From positions 288,001 to 352,000 of the forward strand of contig JBBCJC010000002.1 of NCBI GenBank assembly GCA_037189525.1: 64,000 bases of DNA, given 5' to 3'. Below the pieces are notes generated by a model. That model was not told where the DNA came from. It worked only from the letters and a program-made list of their open reading frames with translations, and made no database searches. The translations under genes and the position numbers were made by a program. Position 1 is the stretch's first letter. Every line of letters begins with the position of its first letter. The stretch comes from Gemmatimonadales bacterium. GTDB lineage: Bacteria; Gemmatimonadota; Gemmatimonadetes; Gemmatimonadales; GWC2-71-9. Of this stretch, positions 21,106 to 30,933 are shown in pieces.

Positions 21106-24100
21106 TCAGTACGTCAGATTGAGGGACAGCGCGAACGACCGGGCGCCCGGATAGGGAGCGGTGTCCACGAACCGGTTCAGGTTCTGGTTGCCGAAGTTGT
21201 TGAACTCGGGATCATATCCCCAGTAACCCGTCCATAGCGCAACATTGCGTGCTTCGAGACCAACCCGAAGAGCCGAAGCGCGGAATGCGCGCGCGACCGA
21301 ACGAGGCGCGTTGAAATTGACCGCCACCTCGCGAAGTCGAAGGTAGGTTCCGTCTTGGAGATAGATCCGGGCATCGGAACCGCCGCTCCACGCCTGGAAC
21401 CGGAAGTCGCCGAGCCCCAGCACCGCGGCGGGGATGCTCCCGATCGTCTCGGTCGGGACACCACGGGGTGCGTTCTCGGGCGTGACCGCAGTGGTGAAGT
21501 CGCGACTGGTACCGCCTTCGTCGTACAGCTTCGTGGTAGTGTTGGCCACATCACCACCGCTGCGCCAATCCAGCGTAAAGGCGAAGCTAAGTCGCTTCCA
21601 GTTGACCGTGTTCTCGAAGAAGACCTGGAAGTCCGGGTTCGAGTTCCCGATCAGCGTATCGACACGTCCGGCAACCAGACCGGGGTTCGTGACGTACGAC
21701 CCCACGGGCAGCACATTACCCGCGGCATCAACGGGGACGTTCCCCCAGATGTCACTGGTTTCACCACCGCCGGTGACCCGATTACGTCCGAAGGAGGCGC
21801 CAAAACTGTTCGGTGCCGCAAAGGGCGGCACCGATGCCGGAAGGTCGACGACGCGCTCGCGTTTCTTCTGGAACGTCGCCCGCGAAACGACCGACCAGTC
21901 GCGGCTCTGGACCGGCACGACGGTGAGCCCCGCCTCGATGCCCTGGTTGCGCAGCTTCCCGGCATTGATGACCAAGGTACTGAAGCCGGTCGATGGCGCA
22001 GCCGACGGTTGGAGCAGCAAGTCGGTAATCGTACGGCGGTAGAGCGAGACCTCGAGCCCGACCCGGTCCTTGAACGCCGACAGATCGAAGCCGCCACTCA
22101 CTTCGGTTAGCGTCTCCGGCTTGATCGAGGGGTTGCCGACCACCGACGACGTCTGAACGCTGGGCTGTCCCTGGACCACACCGCCAGCACTCAACGTGAT
22201 ATCGCGATCCCCGTAGCGCGGCCGATTGCCAGTCTGACCCCAGCCGCCCCGGACTTTGATCTCATCGATCGGCCCACCCGGCGTGACGATCCGATACGCA
22301 GCAGAAAGGCGTGGGAAGGTGTAGAACGTGGCCCGGTCGCCATTCGCACTCGATCGATCCGCGCGCACGCCTGCATTGATCACCAGACGATCGTCGAAGG
22401 CCGTTACCTGCTCGCTCACGAACACGGCCTGGTCATGAAACTCCGTCAGCGACTGCGACGCAGTGACGGTACCCTGAGCAGCGAGCTCCGACCCCGGCAC
22501 CAAGCCTCGGCCGATGATGGCGTAGTTGTTGACGGACTGCCGCTCGATGCTGGCCCCGACGCTGGTCGTGAAGGTCAGACCGCGTCCAAAGACACGGGTC
22601 CATGTCGCGGTGGGCTGCAGGTTGTAGTTCAACCCGTCGACAGTGGCCTGTTCCGATGTACCAAAGAGACCATTCCGACCCTCATACTGGAGGAACCCGG
22701 GAGAGTAGAGGTCACCTGACTGCTGGTAACGGTCAAAGCCGCCCAGGAGGGTGATCGCAAGGCGATTGGCCGCCGTTTGGATCGGCGTATAGGTGGCTGT
22801 GACGCTGCCAAGCTGACGCCAGACGTCCTGTCCATAGTGGAGGTACTCATAGGTCTCGAACGGATTCGACGCCGAGAACCCGCCGCCGAAGATCGGATTG
22901 CGAACGTAGTTGCCGTTGGCATCGCGCTCCCGGAGATCGAATACCGCCGGGGTGTAGGCAAACGCGTAAACCGGACTGGTGAACGAGTTGTCGTTGTTGG
23001 CCAACCCGCGCTCGAGGTAATTCCGGATCGCATTCAGGTTGACCGAGGCCGTCAGCTGAGGCGAAATAGTCTGGTCGATATTGAGCCGGAGGGATTGGAG
23101 TCGCGCCGAGTTGTTCCGGGCAATCCCTTCCTCGCGCCGCTGGGTCACCGAAGCAAAGTACCGGGTTGCCTGGGTACCGCCGGAGAGGGAAGCCGATGTT
23201 TCGTACGCGGGCCGGCGGTTACTGAAGAACTCCCGCTCGAGATCGATATTCGCCGCCTCAGGGATGTTGCCGTCAGGGAAGCGCTGCTCCAGATAAGCGC
23301 GCGCAGCCGCGTTGCCGGTTGCGCCATACCGCAGCGCGAGCACCTCGGCTACGGTCGAGAACTTTCGGTACCCTACATATCGCAGCGGCTCGGCATACCC
23401 GAGACGCTGGGTCACACTGAACTGGTTGGCGCCGGTACGGCCGCGCTTGGTCCGAATGACGACGACCCCATTGCTGGCCCGCGACCCGTACACCGCCGTT
23501 GCCGACGCATCCTTGACGATCTCGATACTCTCGATCTCGGCCGGATTGAGATCGGCCAATCGGTTGACGTTCTGATCCTGAGAGGTGCCGCCGCGGGTGA
23601 CCGTGGATGCGCCCGCCGAGAATGCGTCGTTCGATGCGATCAAGCCGTCGATGACGACCAGCGGCTCACCGTTACCCAGGATCGACGTCGTTCCGCGAAC
23701 CTGGATCTGGCCGCCGCCACCCGGAGCGCCGGTGTTCATATTGATACTGGCCCCGAGGATCTTACCCTGCAACGCCTGTTCGATCGACTGGGCCGGTGCA
23801 CGGACCAGTTGGTCGGCAACGACCTCGGCGGTAGCAGTTGTGGCACGCTGGCGCCGGAGTTCCGAACCGCCTCCCGCAATCGTGATCTCGCCAAGCGTAT
23901 ATGGCTGCGGCTCGAGCACGAACGCCACGGTGGTTGCCGTTGTGTCGATCCGGATCTCGCGCGGCGTGTAGCCGATGGCCCGGGCCGTCAGGCTCCGCGT
24001 CGTGCCCGGCACGGCAATGGTGAACACCCCCTGGTCGTTAACCCGTACGGCGCCAACCCCGACGGTCGAGATCAGCGCATATGGAATCGGACGCCCGTCT

Positions 24101-24216
24101 TGTTCCTTTACGGTGCCCGTGATCTGTCGTGTGGCAGGTACCTGACCTGCGGCCTCTCCACCCGAAATGAGGGCGAGCACTGCAACCGCCGTCACCCACC
24201 TCAACCTACTGCTCAT
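21106..24216 (-). CDS. susC: SusC/RagA family TonB-dependent outer-membrane receptor
   Basis: IQVRG..PLVVIDG..DLNPAEIESIEIVKDASATAVYGSRASNGVVVIRTKRG; C-terminal aromatic residue. Confidence 0.93.
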   Translation of the reverse strand: MSSRLRWVTAVAVLALISGGEAAGQVPATRQITGTVKEQDGRPIPYALISTVGVGAVRVNDQGVFTIAVPGTTRSLTARAIGYTPREIRIDTTATTVAFVLEPQPYTLGEITIAGGGSELRRQRATTATAEVVADQLVRAPAQSIEQALQGKILGASINMNTGAPGGGGQIQVRGTTSILGNGEPLVVIDGLIASNDAFSAGASTVTRGGTSQDQNVNRLADLNPAEIESIEIVKDASATAVYGSRASNGVVVIRTKRGRTGANQFSVTQRLGYAEPLRYVGYRKFSTVAEVLALRYGATGNAAARAYLEQRFPDGNIPEAANIDLEREFFSNRRPAYETSASLSGGTQATRYFASVTQRREEGIARNNSARLQSLRLNIDQTISPQLTASVNLNAIRNYLERGLANNDNSFTSPVYAFAYTPAVFDLRERDANGNYVRNPIFGGGFSASNPFETYEYLHYGQDVWRQLGSVTATYTPIQTAANRLAITLLGGFDRYQQSGDLYSPGFLQYEGRNGLFGTSEQATVDGLNYNLQPTATWTRVFGRGLTFTTSVGASIERQSVNNYAIIGRGLVPGSELAAQGTVTASQSLTEFHDQAVFVSEQVTAFDDRLVINAGVRADRSSANGDRATFYTFPRLSAAYRIVTPGGPIDEIKVRGGWGQTGNRPRYGDRDITLSAGGVVQGQPSVQTSSVVGNPSIKPETLTEVSGGFDLSAFKDRVGLEVSLYRRTITDLLLQPSAAPSTGFSTLVINAGKLRNQGIEAGLTVVPVQSRDWSVVSRATFQKKRERVVDLPASVPPFAAPNSFGASFGRNRVTGGGETSDIWGNVPVDAAGNVLPVGSYVTNPGLVAGRVDTLIGNSNPDFQVFFENTVNWKRLSFAFTLDWRSGGDVANTTTKLYDEGGTSRDFTTAVTPENAPRGVPTETIGSIPAAVLGLGDFRFQAWSGGSDARIYLQDGTYLRLREVAVNFNAPRSVARAFRASALRVGLEARNVALWTGYWGYDPEFNNFGNQNLNRFVDTAPYPGARSFALSLNLTY

Positions 24217-24338
24217 GTACGTTCATCTCCTCGACTTGCATGTTTCGCCACCCTCATCGCGGCGCCGAGTCGTTCGGCTGCCGATCGGTGGGACCTGCCG
24301 ACTACAACGATTGGATCACTCGGTACGATCGCCATCAC

Positions 24339-24372
24339 GAAAGAGGCCCGCTCCGGAACCGGGGCGGGCCTC
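24339..24372 (-). terminator. GC-rich hairpin with short U-tail upstream of susC (putative attenuator terminator 2)
   Basis: Arms 24343-24355 and 24360-24372 (GAGGCCCGCTCCG / CGGGGCGGGCCTC), followed by UUU on the minus strand. Confidence 0.6.
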
Positions 24373-24403
24373 GTCATAGACGTCGGTCAAGTCGACCCGA
24401 CAT

Positions 24404-24523
24404 TCATCCGGACCTTTCGGCGCCCCCAGAGCCCTCCCACGGTTGGGGTGGACAGCACATCACCCACCGACGACACATCCGTCGGCGACCATATCCCATG
24501 AACCCGCCCGCGCGGCGCATCAT
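24404..24523 (-). CDS. Putative Cys/Met-rich leader peptide 2 (39 aa, MMRRAGGFMGYGRRRMCRRWVMCCPPQPWEGSGGAERSG)
   Basis: ATG overlaps the TGA of the upstream gene (ATGA); carries MC..MCC codons; followed by a hairpin before susC. Confidence 0.55.
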   Translation of the reverse strand: MMRRAGGFMGYGRRRMCRRWVMCCPPQPWEGSGGAERSG

Positions 24524-26580
24524 GGCGTCAGTGCCCGCTTGGGCTCGAGCTTGGCGGCCCACAAGCCCGAGTTCCAGTCGGTAAACAACACACGCCCTTT
24601 CCACGGCATGGCGTTCATCACCATCGGCGCATTTGCGGTGAATCCCTGGGGATCGAACGGTTTGTAGACGGCAATCTCACGTCCCTGATCGAAGAGATTA
24701 CCGAGCAGCAAGCCCGAGACATCGACGATTCGAACGCCGCCCTCGTAGTACCCCTGATAGAGCACGTCATCCTCAATGATGATGTCGTGCGAGCCGAAGT
24801 CATCGATCTGGTATCGCCCCACTTTGCGCGGGTTCTTGGGATCGGTAAAGTCGACGATGTGGGTATACCCACCCATGGTCTGGGCAATACCACCTTTGAT
24901 CGGTTTGCCATCCGGACCTGGCGCATTGGTCCAGGTCGTCCCTTCCCAGGCACGCCCGGTCCGCCCTTCCTCGTCACCGAGGAAGAGGTAGACCTTCCCC
25001 GTTGCTTTCTGGAAGTACGGGAAGATTTCGTGACCGCTATTGATCCTGAAAGTATTGATCAGCTTGGGCTTCTCGATGGTGCCGCCATACGCGCCGTTGC
25101 CGACATCGACCACAACCGCGCCGACCCCACCTTGCGCTGAGTAGGCAATACCATCGTGAACCCAGAGATCATGGATGCGGGCGTTCGGATGCCGGTACTC
25201 GCTCACGTACTTGGGGTTGGCGAGGTCGCGGACATCGATGATGACGTATTTGGCACCTCCCGAGACGGCAAAGAGGTGGTCGTTAGTGGCGAACATGTTG
25301 TGCACGCCCCCAGTCAGTTCCTCGCTGAAGGTGGACGCGATGCGCGGATGCCGTGGTGTGGAGAGATCGAGAATGACAACCCCGTTGACACGATTGGATG
25401 CGCCCTCACGGGACAGAGCGGCGTACCGTCCGTCCGGTGACACCGTGACATCGTTGATGGTGCGCGCGTCGACCTGGATCGAGTCCACCCGGACGAGATT
25501 GCTCGGATCCGTGATATCAAATACCAAAACCCAGCCGTCGCCTCCCCAAGTGCCGACGAGGCAGTAGTCACGACCGTCGGTTCCGGTCCAGGGCCAGAGA
25601 TCGGAGGTGTGGGTATTGGTGATACTGCCACGACCGGTGACACTGATCCGCCGACGGACGTCCCGCGGCACGACTTCGAGCACGACCCGCGCTCCGGCTG
25701 TCCCCGACTGAGCCAGCAAAGTGTACCGGCCGGGATAATTACCGGCGAACAAGCCTGCATCGATGATTCCGGGCCCACCCGGGGCCGCGATGGAATCATC
25801 GGGTGTGTAGAGATAGCTCCAGGTGATCGGCGCATCGGTCACGATACTCCCATCGGCACGCCGAGCGGTCGCCAGCAGCGGAATCGCATCGCCGGTTCGA
25901 AGGATCTGCTCCTGCACACCGAGCTCGAGCACCGTCACCGGATTGGTCGCGACCGTGTACTGGCGACTTCCGGTTACCCCCTCATGGTCCGCGATGATCG
26001 TGACACGTCCCGCCCTCAGGGCAGAGACGTTGCCGAATCGATCGACTGACGCCACCGAGGGATCGCTGCTCCGCCAGCTCGGCACCAGCCCGGTTCGTTC
26101 GGTACTGTCGGCATGCCAGCCGCGGGCACGATGGGCAATGGTGACGTTGGTGTACAATCGCCCCGGCTCGGCCGGCTCCACCTCGAGCCGGGTCAAGGCG
26201 GGCCACTGCACCTCGACCGGAATGGTCAGGCGCGCCGCTGGCGATGCCGATCGCCCGCCGACGCTGGCCCACACTTCGAATACGCCGGCCTTGAACGCGG
26301 TTACGCGCCCGGACACGTGATCGTATCGGACGACACCACGGGCACCGCTTACCCGAATCGGCGCGTCGGCAACCTGGTTTCCCGAGCTGTCGTACGCCAG
26401 GATCTCGAGCGGAGCCGACTCACCGGCGCGCAGAACCAGCTTGGCGGGCTCGGCCACCAACCGCACGACGACCGGCGCTCGCTCCTGCGCAAAACTTTGT
26501 CCCGCCAGGCCGACCAGCAGACCAGACCATGTCGCGGCGGTCCGTAACAGGGACCTGAACCCCTCATACTGCCATTTCAT
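24520..26580 (-). CDS. Secreted protein with Ig-like (Big_2) domains and LVIVD-repeat beta-propeller
   Basis: WRSSDPSVASVD Big_2 motif; repeats such as VLVFDITDP, VVILDLSTP, VIIDVRD, HIVDFTDP and VRIVDVS. Confidence 0.82.
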   Translation of the reverse strand: MKWQYEGFRSLLRTAATWSGLLVGLAGQSFAQERAPVVVRLVAEPAKLVLRAGESAPLEILAYDSSGNQVADAPIRVSGARGVVRYDHVSGRVTAFKAGVFEVWASVGGRSASPAARLTIPVEVQWPALTRLEVEPAEPGRLYTNVTIAHRARGWHADSTERTGLVPSWRSSDPSVASVDRFGNVSALRAGRVTIIADHEGVTGSRQYTVATNPVTVLELGVQEQILRTGDAIPLLATARRADGSIVTDAPITWSYLYTPDDSIAAPGGPGIIDAGLFAGNYPGRYTLLAQSGTAGARVVLEVVPRDVRRRISVTGRGSITNTHTSDLWPWTGTDGRDYCLVGTWGGDGWVLVFDITDPSNLVRVDSIQVDARTINDVTVSPDGRYAALSREGASNRVNGVVILDLSTPRHPRIASTFSEELTGGVHNMFATNDHLFAVSGGAKYVIIDVRDLANPKYVSEYRHPNARIHDLWVHDGIAYSAQGGVGAVVVDVGNGAYGGTIEKPKLINTFRINSGHEIFPYFQKATGKVYLFLGDEEGRTGRAWEGTTWTNAPGPDGKPIKGGIAQTMGGYTHIVDFTDPKNPRKVGRYQIDDFGSHDIIIEDDVLYQGYYEGGVRIVDVSGLLLGNLFDQGREIAVYKPFDPQGFTANAPMVMNAMPWKGRVLFTDWNSGLWAAKLEPKRALTP

Positions 26581-26625
26581 GCGCCCTCTCTTCTCGACGC
26601 GGCGTTGATGCAGCATCGGCCAACG

Positions 26626-26657
26626 AAAAAACCCGCCTCCGGTCATCGGAAGCGGGT
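26626..26657 (-). terminator. Rho-independent terminator in the 5' leader of the LVIVD gene (putative attenuator terminator 1)
   Basis: Minus-strand ACCCGCUUCCG-augac-CGGAGGCGGGU (11-bp stem, one G.U pair) followed by a U-run, about 45 nt before the start codon. Confidence 0.8.
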
Positions 26658-26711
26658 CTGTGCAATCGTCCACGTAGAACGACGTTAGTCCGGCGTCACC
26701 AGACTACTGCA

Positions 26712-26795
26712 TTACCTGCCTCCCGGATGGATGCACGCGCCACACATGCGACAACAGCACATGTGATATCCGACGGTTGCGGGAGCGCGCATCAT
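26712..26795 (-). CDS. Putative Cys/Met-rich leader peptide 1 (27 aa, MMRAPATVGYHMCCCRMCGACIHPGGR)
   Basis: Manual translation gives 5 Cys and 4 Met in 27 codons; its stop lies about 55 nt upstream of terminator 1. Confidence 0.72.
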   Translation of the reverse strand: MMRAPATVGYHMCCCRMCGACIHPGGR

Positions 26796-26991
26796 TCCAG
26801 GATCGAACTTTCGAGTTGAGTGTCACCGCCATTACCCTGAATGGCGGGGATGCAATCTCGGCAGCCTCGTCGAACAAAGTCAAGGGCAAAGGCCCAGGCC
26901 CCAAACCAACCCCCTCGTGCCGTTGAGGACGCGGTTCTACTTTCCAGCGTCCACCGAGATCACTTCCGCCTCTCTCTGCCAACCGGATCCC

Positions 26992-28134
26992 ATGCCAGCT
27001 CGGCGCACACGGACCTTCACCGAATCCGTCATTCGCGGAATGACCCGGCTCGCGACCCAGCACGGCGCGATCAATCTTGCCCAGGGATTCCCAAACTTCC
27101 CGACTCCCGATGTCCTCAAGGAGGCGGCGGCCAAAGCCATCCGCGACGACATCAACCAGTACGCCATCACCTGGGGCTCCAAGCGGCTTCGCGATGCGCT
27201 GGTCCGGAAGTACGCCGACTGGTACGGCATGACGGTCGACTCCGAGACCGAGATCACCGTTACCTGCGGAGCCACGGAGGCGATGGCCGCCGTGATGCTG
27301 GCGCTGGTCGACCCGGGCGAAGAAGTGATCGTGATGGAGCCGTTCTATGAGAACTACGGCCCCGACGCCATTCTCTGCGAAGCGACGCCCGTCTTCGTTC
27401 CGATGATGCCGGGGCAGCCGCTCGACCTGGATCGCCTGGCCCGGGCGTTCTCATCGAAGACCCGCGCGATCATCGTCAACACACCCGGCAACCCGTCGGG
27501 GCGCGTGTTGACGCGGGCCGAGTTGACGGCCATCGCGGAACTCTGCCAGAAACACGATGTCTGGGCGATCACGGACGAGATCTACGAGCATATTTACTAC
27601 GAAGGGGAGCACATCCCGGTCGCCACGCTGCCCGGCATGCGGGACCGAACGATTACCATCAGCGGCGCATCCAAGACGTACAGTATCACGGGTTGGCGGA
27701 TCGGGACCATCATCTCGCCCGCGAGTGTCACCGACGCCATCAGGAAGGTGCACGACTTTCTCACCGTCGGCGCTCCCGCACCGCTGCAGGAAGCCTTGGC
27801 GGTCGCCATGGAAACGCTGGGTCGCGACTACTACACCGGGCTCGAACGCGACTACCGGGCTCGGCGTGATCTGCTCGTCGGTGCGCTGAATCAAGCCGGA
27901 TTCACGTGCGAGGCACCGCAAGGTGCGTACTACATCCTCGCCGACTTTACGGCCATCAAGAGGCTTCGCTCTGACGAGTTTGCCAAATGGCTCACCATCG
28001 AGGGCGGCGTGGCGACCGTGCCGGGCACCAGCTTCTTCTCGGACCCGGAGATGGGGCGGAACTACACCCGGTTCGCCTTCTGCAAAACGGAGGATCTGCT
28101 GCACGAGGCGGTGGAGCGCCTGCAGCGCTTGTAA
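26992..28134 (+). CDS. Class I/II PLP aminotransferase (YbdL/methionine aminotransferase-like)
   Basis: AINLAQGFPNF, NTPGNPSG, DEIYEH, SKTYSITGWRIG, RFAFCK. Confidence 0.9.
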   Translation: MPARRTRTFTESVIRGMTRLATQHGAINLAQGFPNFPTPDVLKEAAAKAIRDDINQYAITWGSKRLRDALVRKYADWYGMTVDSETEITVTCGATEAMAAVMLALVDPGEEVIVMEPFYENYGPDAILCEATPVFVPMMPGQPLDLDRLARAFSSKTRAIIVNTPGNPSGRVLTRAELTAIAELCQKHDVWAITDEIYEHIYYEGEHIPVATLPGMRDRTITISGASKTYSITGWRIGTIISPASVTDAIRKVHDFLTVGAPAPLQEALAVAMETLGRDYYTGLERDYRARRDLLVGALNQAGFTCEAPQGAYYILADFTAIKRLRSDEFAKWLTIEGGVATVPGTSFFSDPEMGRNYTRFAFCKTEDLLHEAVERLQRL

Positions 28135-28285
28135 CACATCGGGTTCAAAACTAGTCCGCCAAAGGACGATCACCCGACAAGCACCTCACGTTAAGAACGA
28201 CTGGGCCGATGCGTGAGCCCAGCCCTCGCAGGGCGACAGAAATCACACGTCGCCCCGCGAGGCTACAACCGATGCCGCGGCCGTT

Positions 28286-28981
28286 TCAATCGATCCGGAA
28301 ACTCATCACCTGCCGCACCAGCTGACGCACCGGGCGGTTGCGCACCAGCGCCGGACGATATCGTGCGTTCATCAACGCCGTCACCACGCTCGCGCTGAAC
28401 CCCTCGGCGGACGATTCCAACACCACGATCGATCCGCGTTCGACCCGCCCCGTGGTGTCCACCACGAACTCGACCGAGACCCGTCCCGAAACCCCGGCAG
28501 CCTTGAGCGCCGCAGGGTACAGCGGATCCGGCGCGACCACGACGTCCACCGGTTGGTCCACCGTATGGGCCTCGAGAATGCCATCGAGCCCGCTCGCGCC
28601 CGCCGTACAGGTCGTACAGGCCACCGGCGCCGGTCCGACGACGAAGCGGCGGGGATCGATCGATTCGCCTGCTTCGATAGGAGGGATCGCGGACTCGAGC
28701 CCGGTCGGTACGGCGATCGTGAGCACATCCGGCGGCAAGGTCGGCACGGCATGACTCTGCTGCACCCCCGACGCTCCGCTATTCGAAGCCGGCGCGGACG
28801 GCGCCGGCGCGACGTGGTACGTCTCCGCATGAACGTAAGGACGGTTGGCGTCGGCCGTAGCAATCCGTTTCGTCGCACCGATGACGACCAGCGCAATCAC
28901 CACGTGAAGCCCGAACGACATCGCGCCCTGCAGTAGCGGACGTTGCCGCTGCCGTTCAGATTCGACCAATCGAGTAAACAC
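28286..28981 (-). CDS. tonB: TonB-family energy transducer
   Basis: N-terminal TM with SxxxH; C-terminal YPAAL..G.V.VEFVVDTTGRV..RYRPA..PVRQ. Confidence 0.85.
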   Translation of the reverse strand: MFTRLVESERQRQRPLLQGAMSFGLHVVIALVVIGATKRIATADANRPYVHAETYHVAPAPSAPASNSGASGVQQSHAVPTLPPDVLTIAVPTGLESAIPPIEAGESIDPRRFVVGPAPVACTTCTAGASGLDGILEAHTVDQPVDVVVAPDPLYPAALKAAGVSGRVSVEFVVDTTGRVERGSIVVLESSAEGFSASVVTALMNARYRPALVRNRPVRQLVRQVMSFRID

Positions 28982-29165
28982 AGGCCACCTCGCAGTTGGG
29001 TCCCTTTCAAGGTGCGAAGTGGAGATGGCCAGGGCCTGACCGGCAGATGGCGTTTCGATGACAGCGACGTGTGGGGATGGCGTCGCCCGGATGTGCGTCG
29101 GATTGTGCGGCCAATATCTCGTTCCGTCAACGCTTTAGTACCCCGACACTTCCGGAGCGACCGCA

Positions 29166-30083
29166 ATGCGCAAACAGCTTGGCACCGCGTGGCAGGTCCT
29201 CAAACGATCCCTGACCATCTGGTCGGAACGGAACGCGGTCCAGGCCGCCGGGGCCCTCGCGTTTTACACCCTGTTCTCGATGGCGCCGCTCCTGATCGTC
29301 GCGATTACCATTACCGGCGCATTCTTTGGGGAGGACGCGGCCCAAGGCCGTATCTCGGATCAGATCCAGGCGCTGGTGGGCGAACGGGCTGCGGTAACCG
29401 TGGAACAGGCGGTCGAACGATCGCGGATCGAGCAGGCGGGACTGCTGCCGACCGTGCTAGGCATCGCGGCCATGCTACTCGGTGCCACTACGGTCTTTGC
29501 CCAGATGCAGACCTCGCTGAATGCGATCTGGGACGTGAAAGCCAAGCCGTCGCGGAAGGGCATCGTCGCCTTCCTGTTCACGCGACTGGTTTCGTTCGGG
29601 ATGGTGCTCGCGATCGGCTTCGTGATGCTCACTTCGTTCCTGGTGACCGTCGCGCTGGCGGCCGTGATCAGGTTCGCCGAGCACTGGATTCCGATTCCCG
29701 CGGTACTCCTTTCGGGGATCGACCTCGTCATCTCGGTCGGGGTCGTAACCCTGCTGTTCATGCTGATCTTTCGGATTCTGCCCGATGTCCACCTGACGTG
29801 GCGACAGACCCGTCAGGGCGCCATCATCACCGCGCTGCTGTTCGTGGCCGGACAGTTCGTCATTTCACTCTACCTGACCCGGGCCGGCCCGGCCTCCGCA
29901 TACGGCGCAGCTGGCGCGCTCGTGGTCGTGCTGATGTGGGTCTACTACTCCGCGCAGATCATCCTGCTCGGCGCCGCCATTACGCGCGCCCTGATCGAGC
30001 AGCAGGGCGGCGACATCATTCCCTCGCGGGGCGCGGTCGAAGTCCGCACCGAAGTCATCGAGGCGCCAGGCGGCCCGGCCTGA
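29166..30083 (+). CDS. YihY/virulence factor BrkB family membrane protein
   Basis: ALAFYTLFSMAPLL, LNAIW, YGAAGALVVVLMWVYYSAQIILLGA. Confidence 0.92.
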   Translation: MRKQLGTAWQVLKRSLTIWSERNAVQAAGALAFYTLFSMAPLLIVAITITGAFFGEDAAQGRISDQIQALVGERAAVTVEQAVERSRIEQAGLLPTVLGIAAMLLGATTVFAQMQTSLNAIWDVKAKPSRKGIVAFLFTRLVSFGMVLAIGFVMLTSFLVTVALAAVIRFAEHWIPIPAVLLSGIDLVISVGVVTLLFMLIFRILPDVHLTWRQTRQGAIITALLFVAGQFVISLYLTRAGPASAYGAAGALVVVLMWVYYSAQIILLGAAITRALIEQQGGDIIPSRGAVEVRTEVIEAPGGPA

Positions 30084-30098
30084 CTGGTCCCGTTCGCC

Positions 30099-30193
30099 TC
30101 CGATCCGGAGTTAGGGCGGAACTATACGCGTTCGCGTTCTGTAAGACGGAGGATTCTGCGGCCGCAGCGGTGGAGCGGCTACAGCGGCTGCAG
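30099..30193 (+). pseudogene. Degenerate copy of the aminotransferase 3' end
   Basis: Aligns by eye to 28039-28134 (..FAFCKTED....AVERLQRL), with a frameshift. Confidence 0.8.
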
Positions 30194-30227
30194 GACGAAA
30201 CCCTCGATCGTCGCAGACTGATTCCAG

Positions 30228-30605
30228 TCAGGAACGCTTCGGGAAGAAGCGAACGTTCGGTAGGTGCGCAAAATCGGCGTCCATCGTCCACACTGTAGCT
30301 TCATACCGCATGGCCGTGGCATAAATGATACTGTCCGCGAGCGGCAGCTTGTGGAAGACCCCGAGTTGGGCGGCACTAATCGCCAAGGCGGCGTCCATCG
30401 GTACCGTCATACCCTGGTGAAGTACGGCGGCAACCTGCAACATATCGCTCGATCCCCGCTGTTGTAAAACTCGGCGGCACACCTCCGTCAGGACCACCGT
30501 GGGTACGACGAGACGGTCGACATCTTCGATTGCAGCTGCAAACTTCCCGGCATGGGAACTATCCGCAAAGTACTCCAGCCATGCCGACGAGTCGACCAGG
30601 TTCAC
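30228..30605 (-). CDS. vapC: VapC PIN-domain toxin
   Basis: VDSSAWLEY..VLTEV..LPLADSIIYATA..TMDADF. Confidence 0.92.
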   Translation of the reverse strand: MNLVDSSAWLEYFADSSHAGKFAAAIEDVDRLVVPTVVLTEVCRRVLQQRGSSDMLQVAAVLHQGMTVPMDAALAISAAQLGVFHKLPLADSIIYATAMRYEATVWTMDADFAHLPNVRFFPKRS

Positions 30606-30808
30606 ACGCGGTCTTTCTCTCGACGCACGGCGGTATCGATTCCCTTCAGCGCACCCCGCATTTCTCGCATCGATCGAATCGGAATGAACTCGATTCGGTT
30701 CTCGTACTGAAGTACTTGCACCTTTTGCCCTGGCTCGAGGCCAAGTGACTCCCGGATCTCCCGTGGAATGACCACTTGATACTTCGGCGAGACCGTTACA
30801 ATCGACAT
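30602..30808 (-). CDS. vapB: AbrB/MazE/SpoVT-family antitoxin
   Basis: VTVSPKYQVVIPREIRESLGLEPG; GGAGG RBS; overlaps the vapC start. Confidence 0.9.
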   Translation of the reverse strand: MSIVTVSPKYQVVIPREIRESLGLEPGQKVQVLQYENRIEFIPIRSMREMRGALKGIDTAVRREKDRV

Positions 30809-30933
30809 GACGTCCTCCATCGATAGCATGCTCGTAATACGATACGGCGATCGATTGCCCTTGGCAAGCCGTGAGGGCAATGCACGTATCGATCCCTTCA
30901 CGTGCCCTGCCGATCCGACAGCGGCACCGTTCG

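Noticed and set aside
16757..24216. M16 peptidase and SusCD as one import-and-cleave system
   Set aside because: The genes are convergent, not co-transcribed; only proximity supports a link.
26704..27063. 119-aa minus-strand ORF
   Set aside because: Overlaps the aminotransferase start; the Cys-rich leader in another frame explains this region better.
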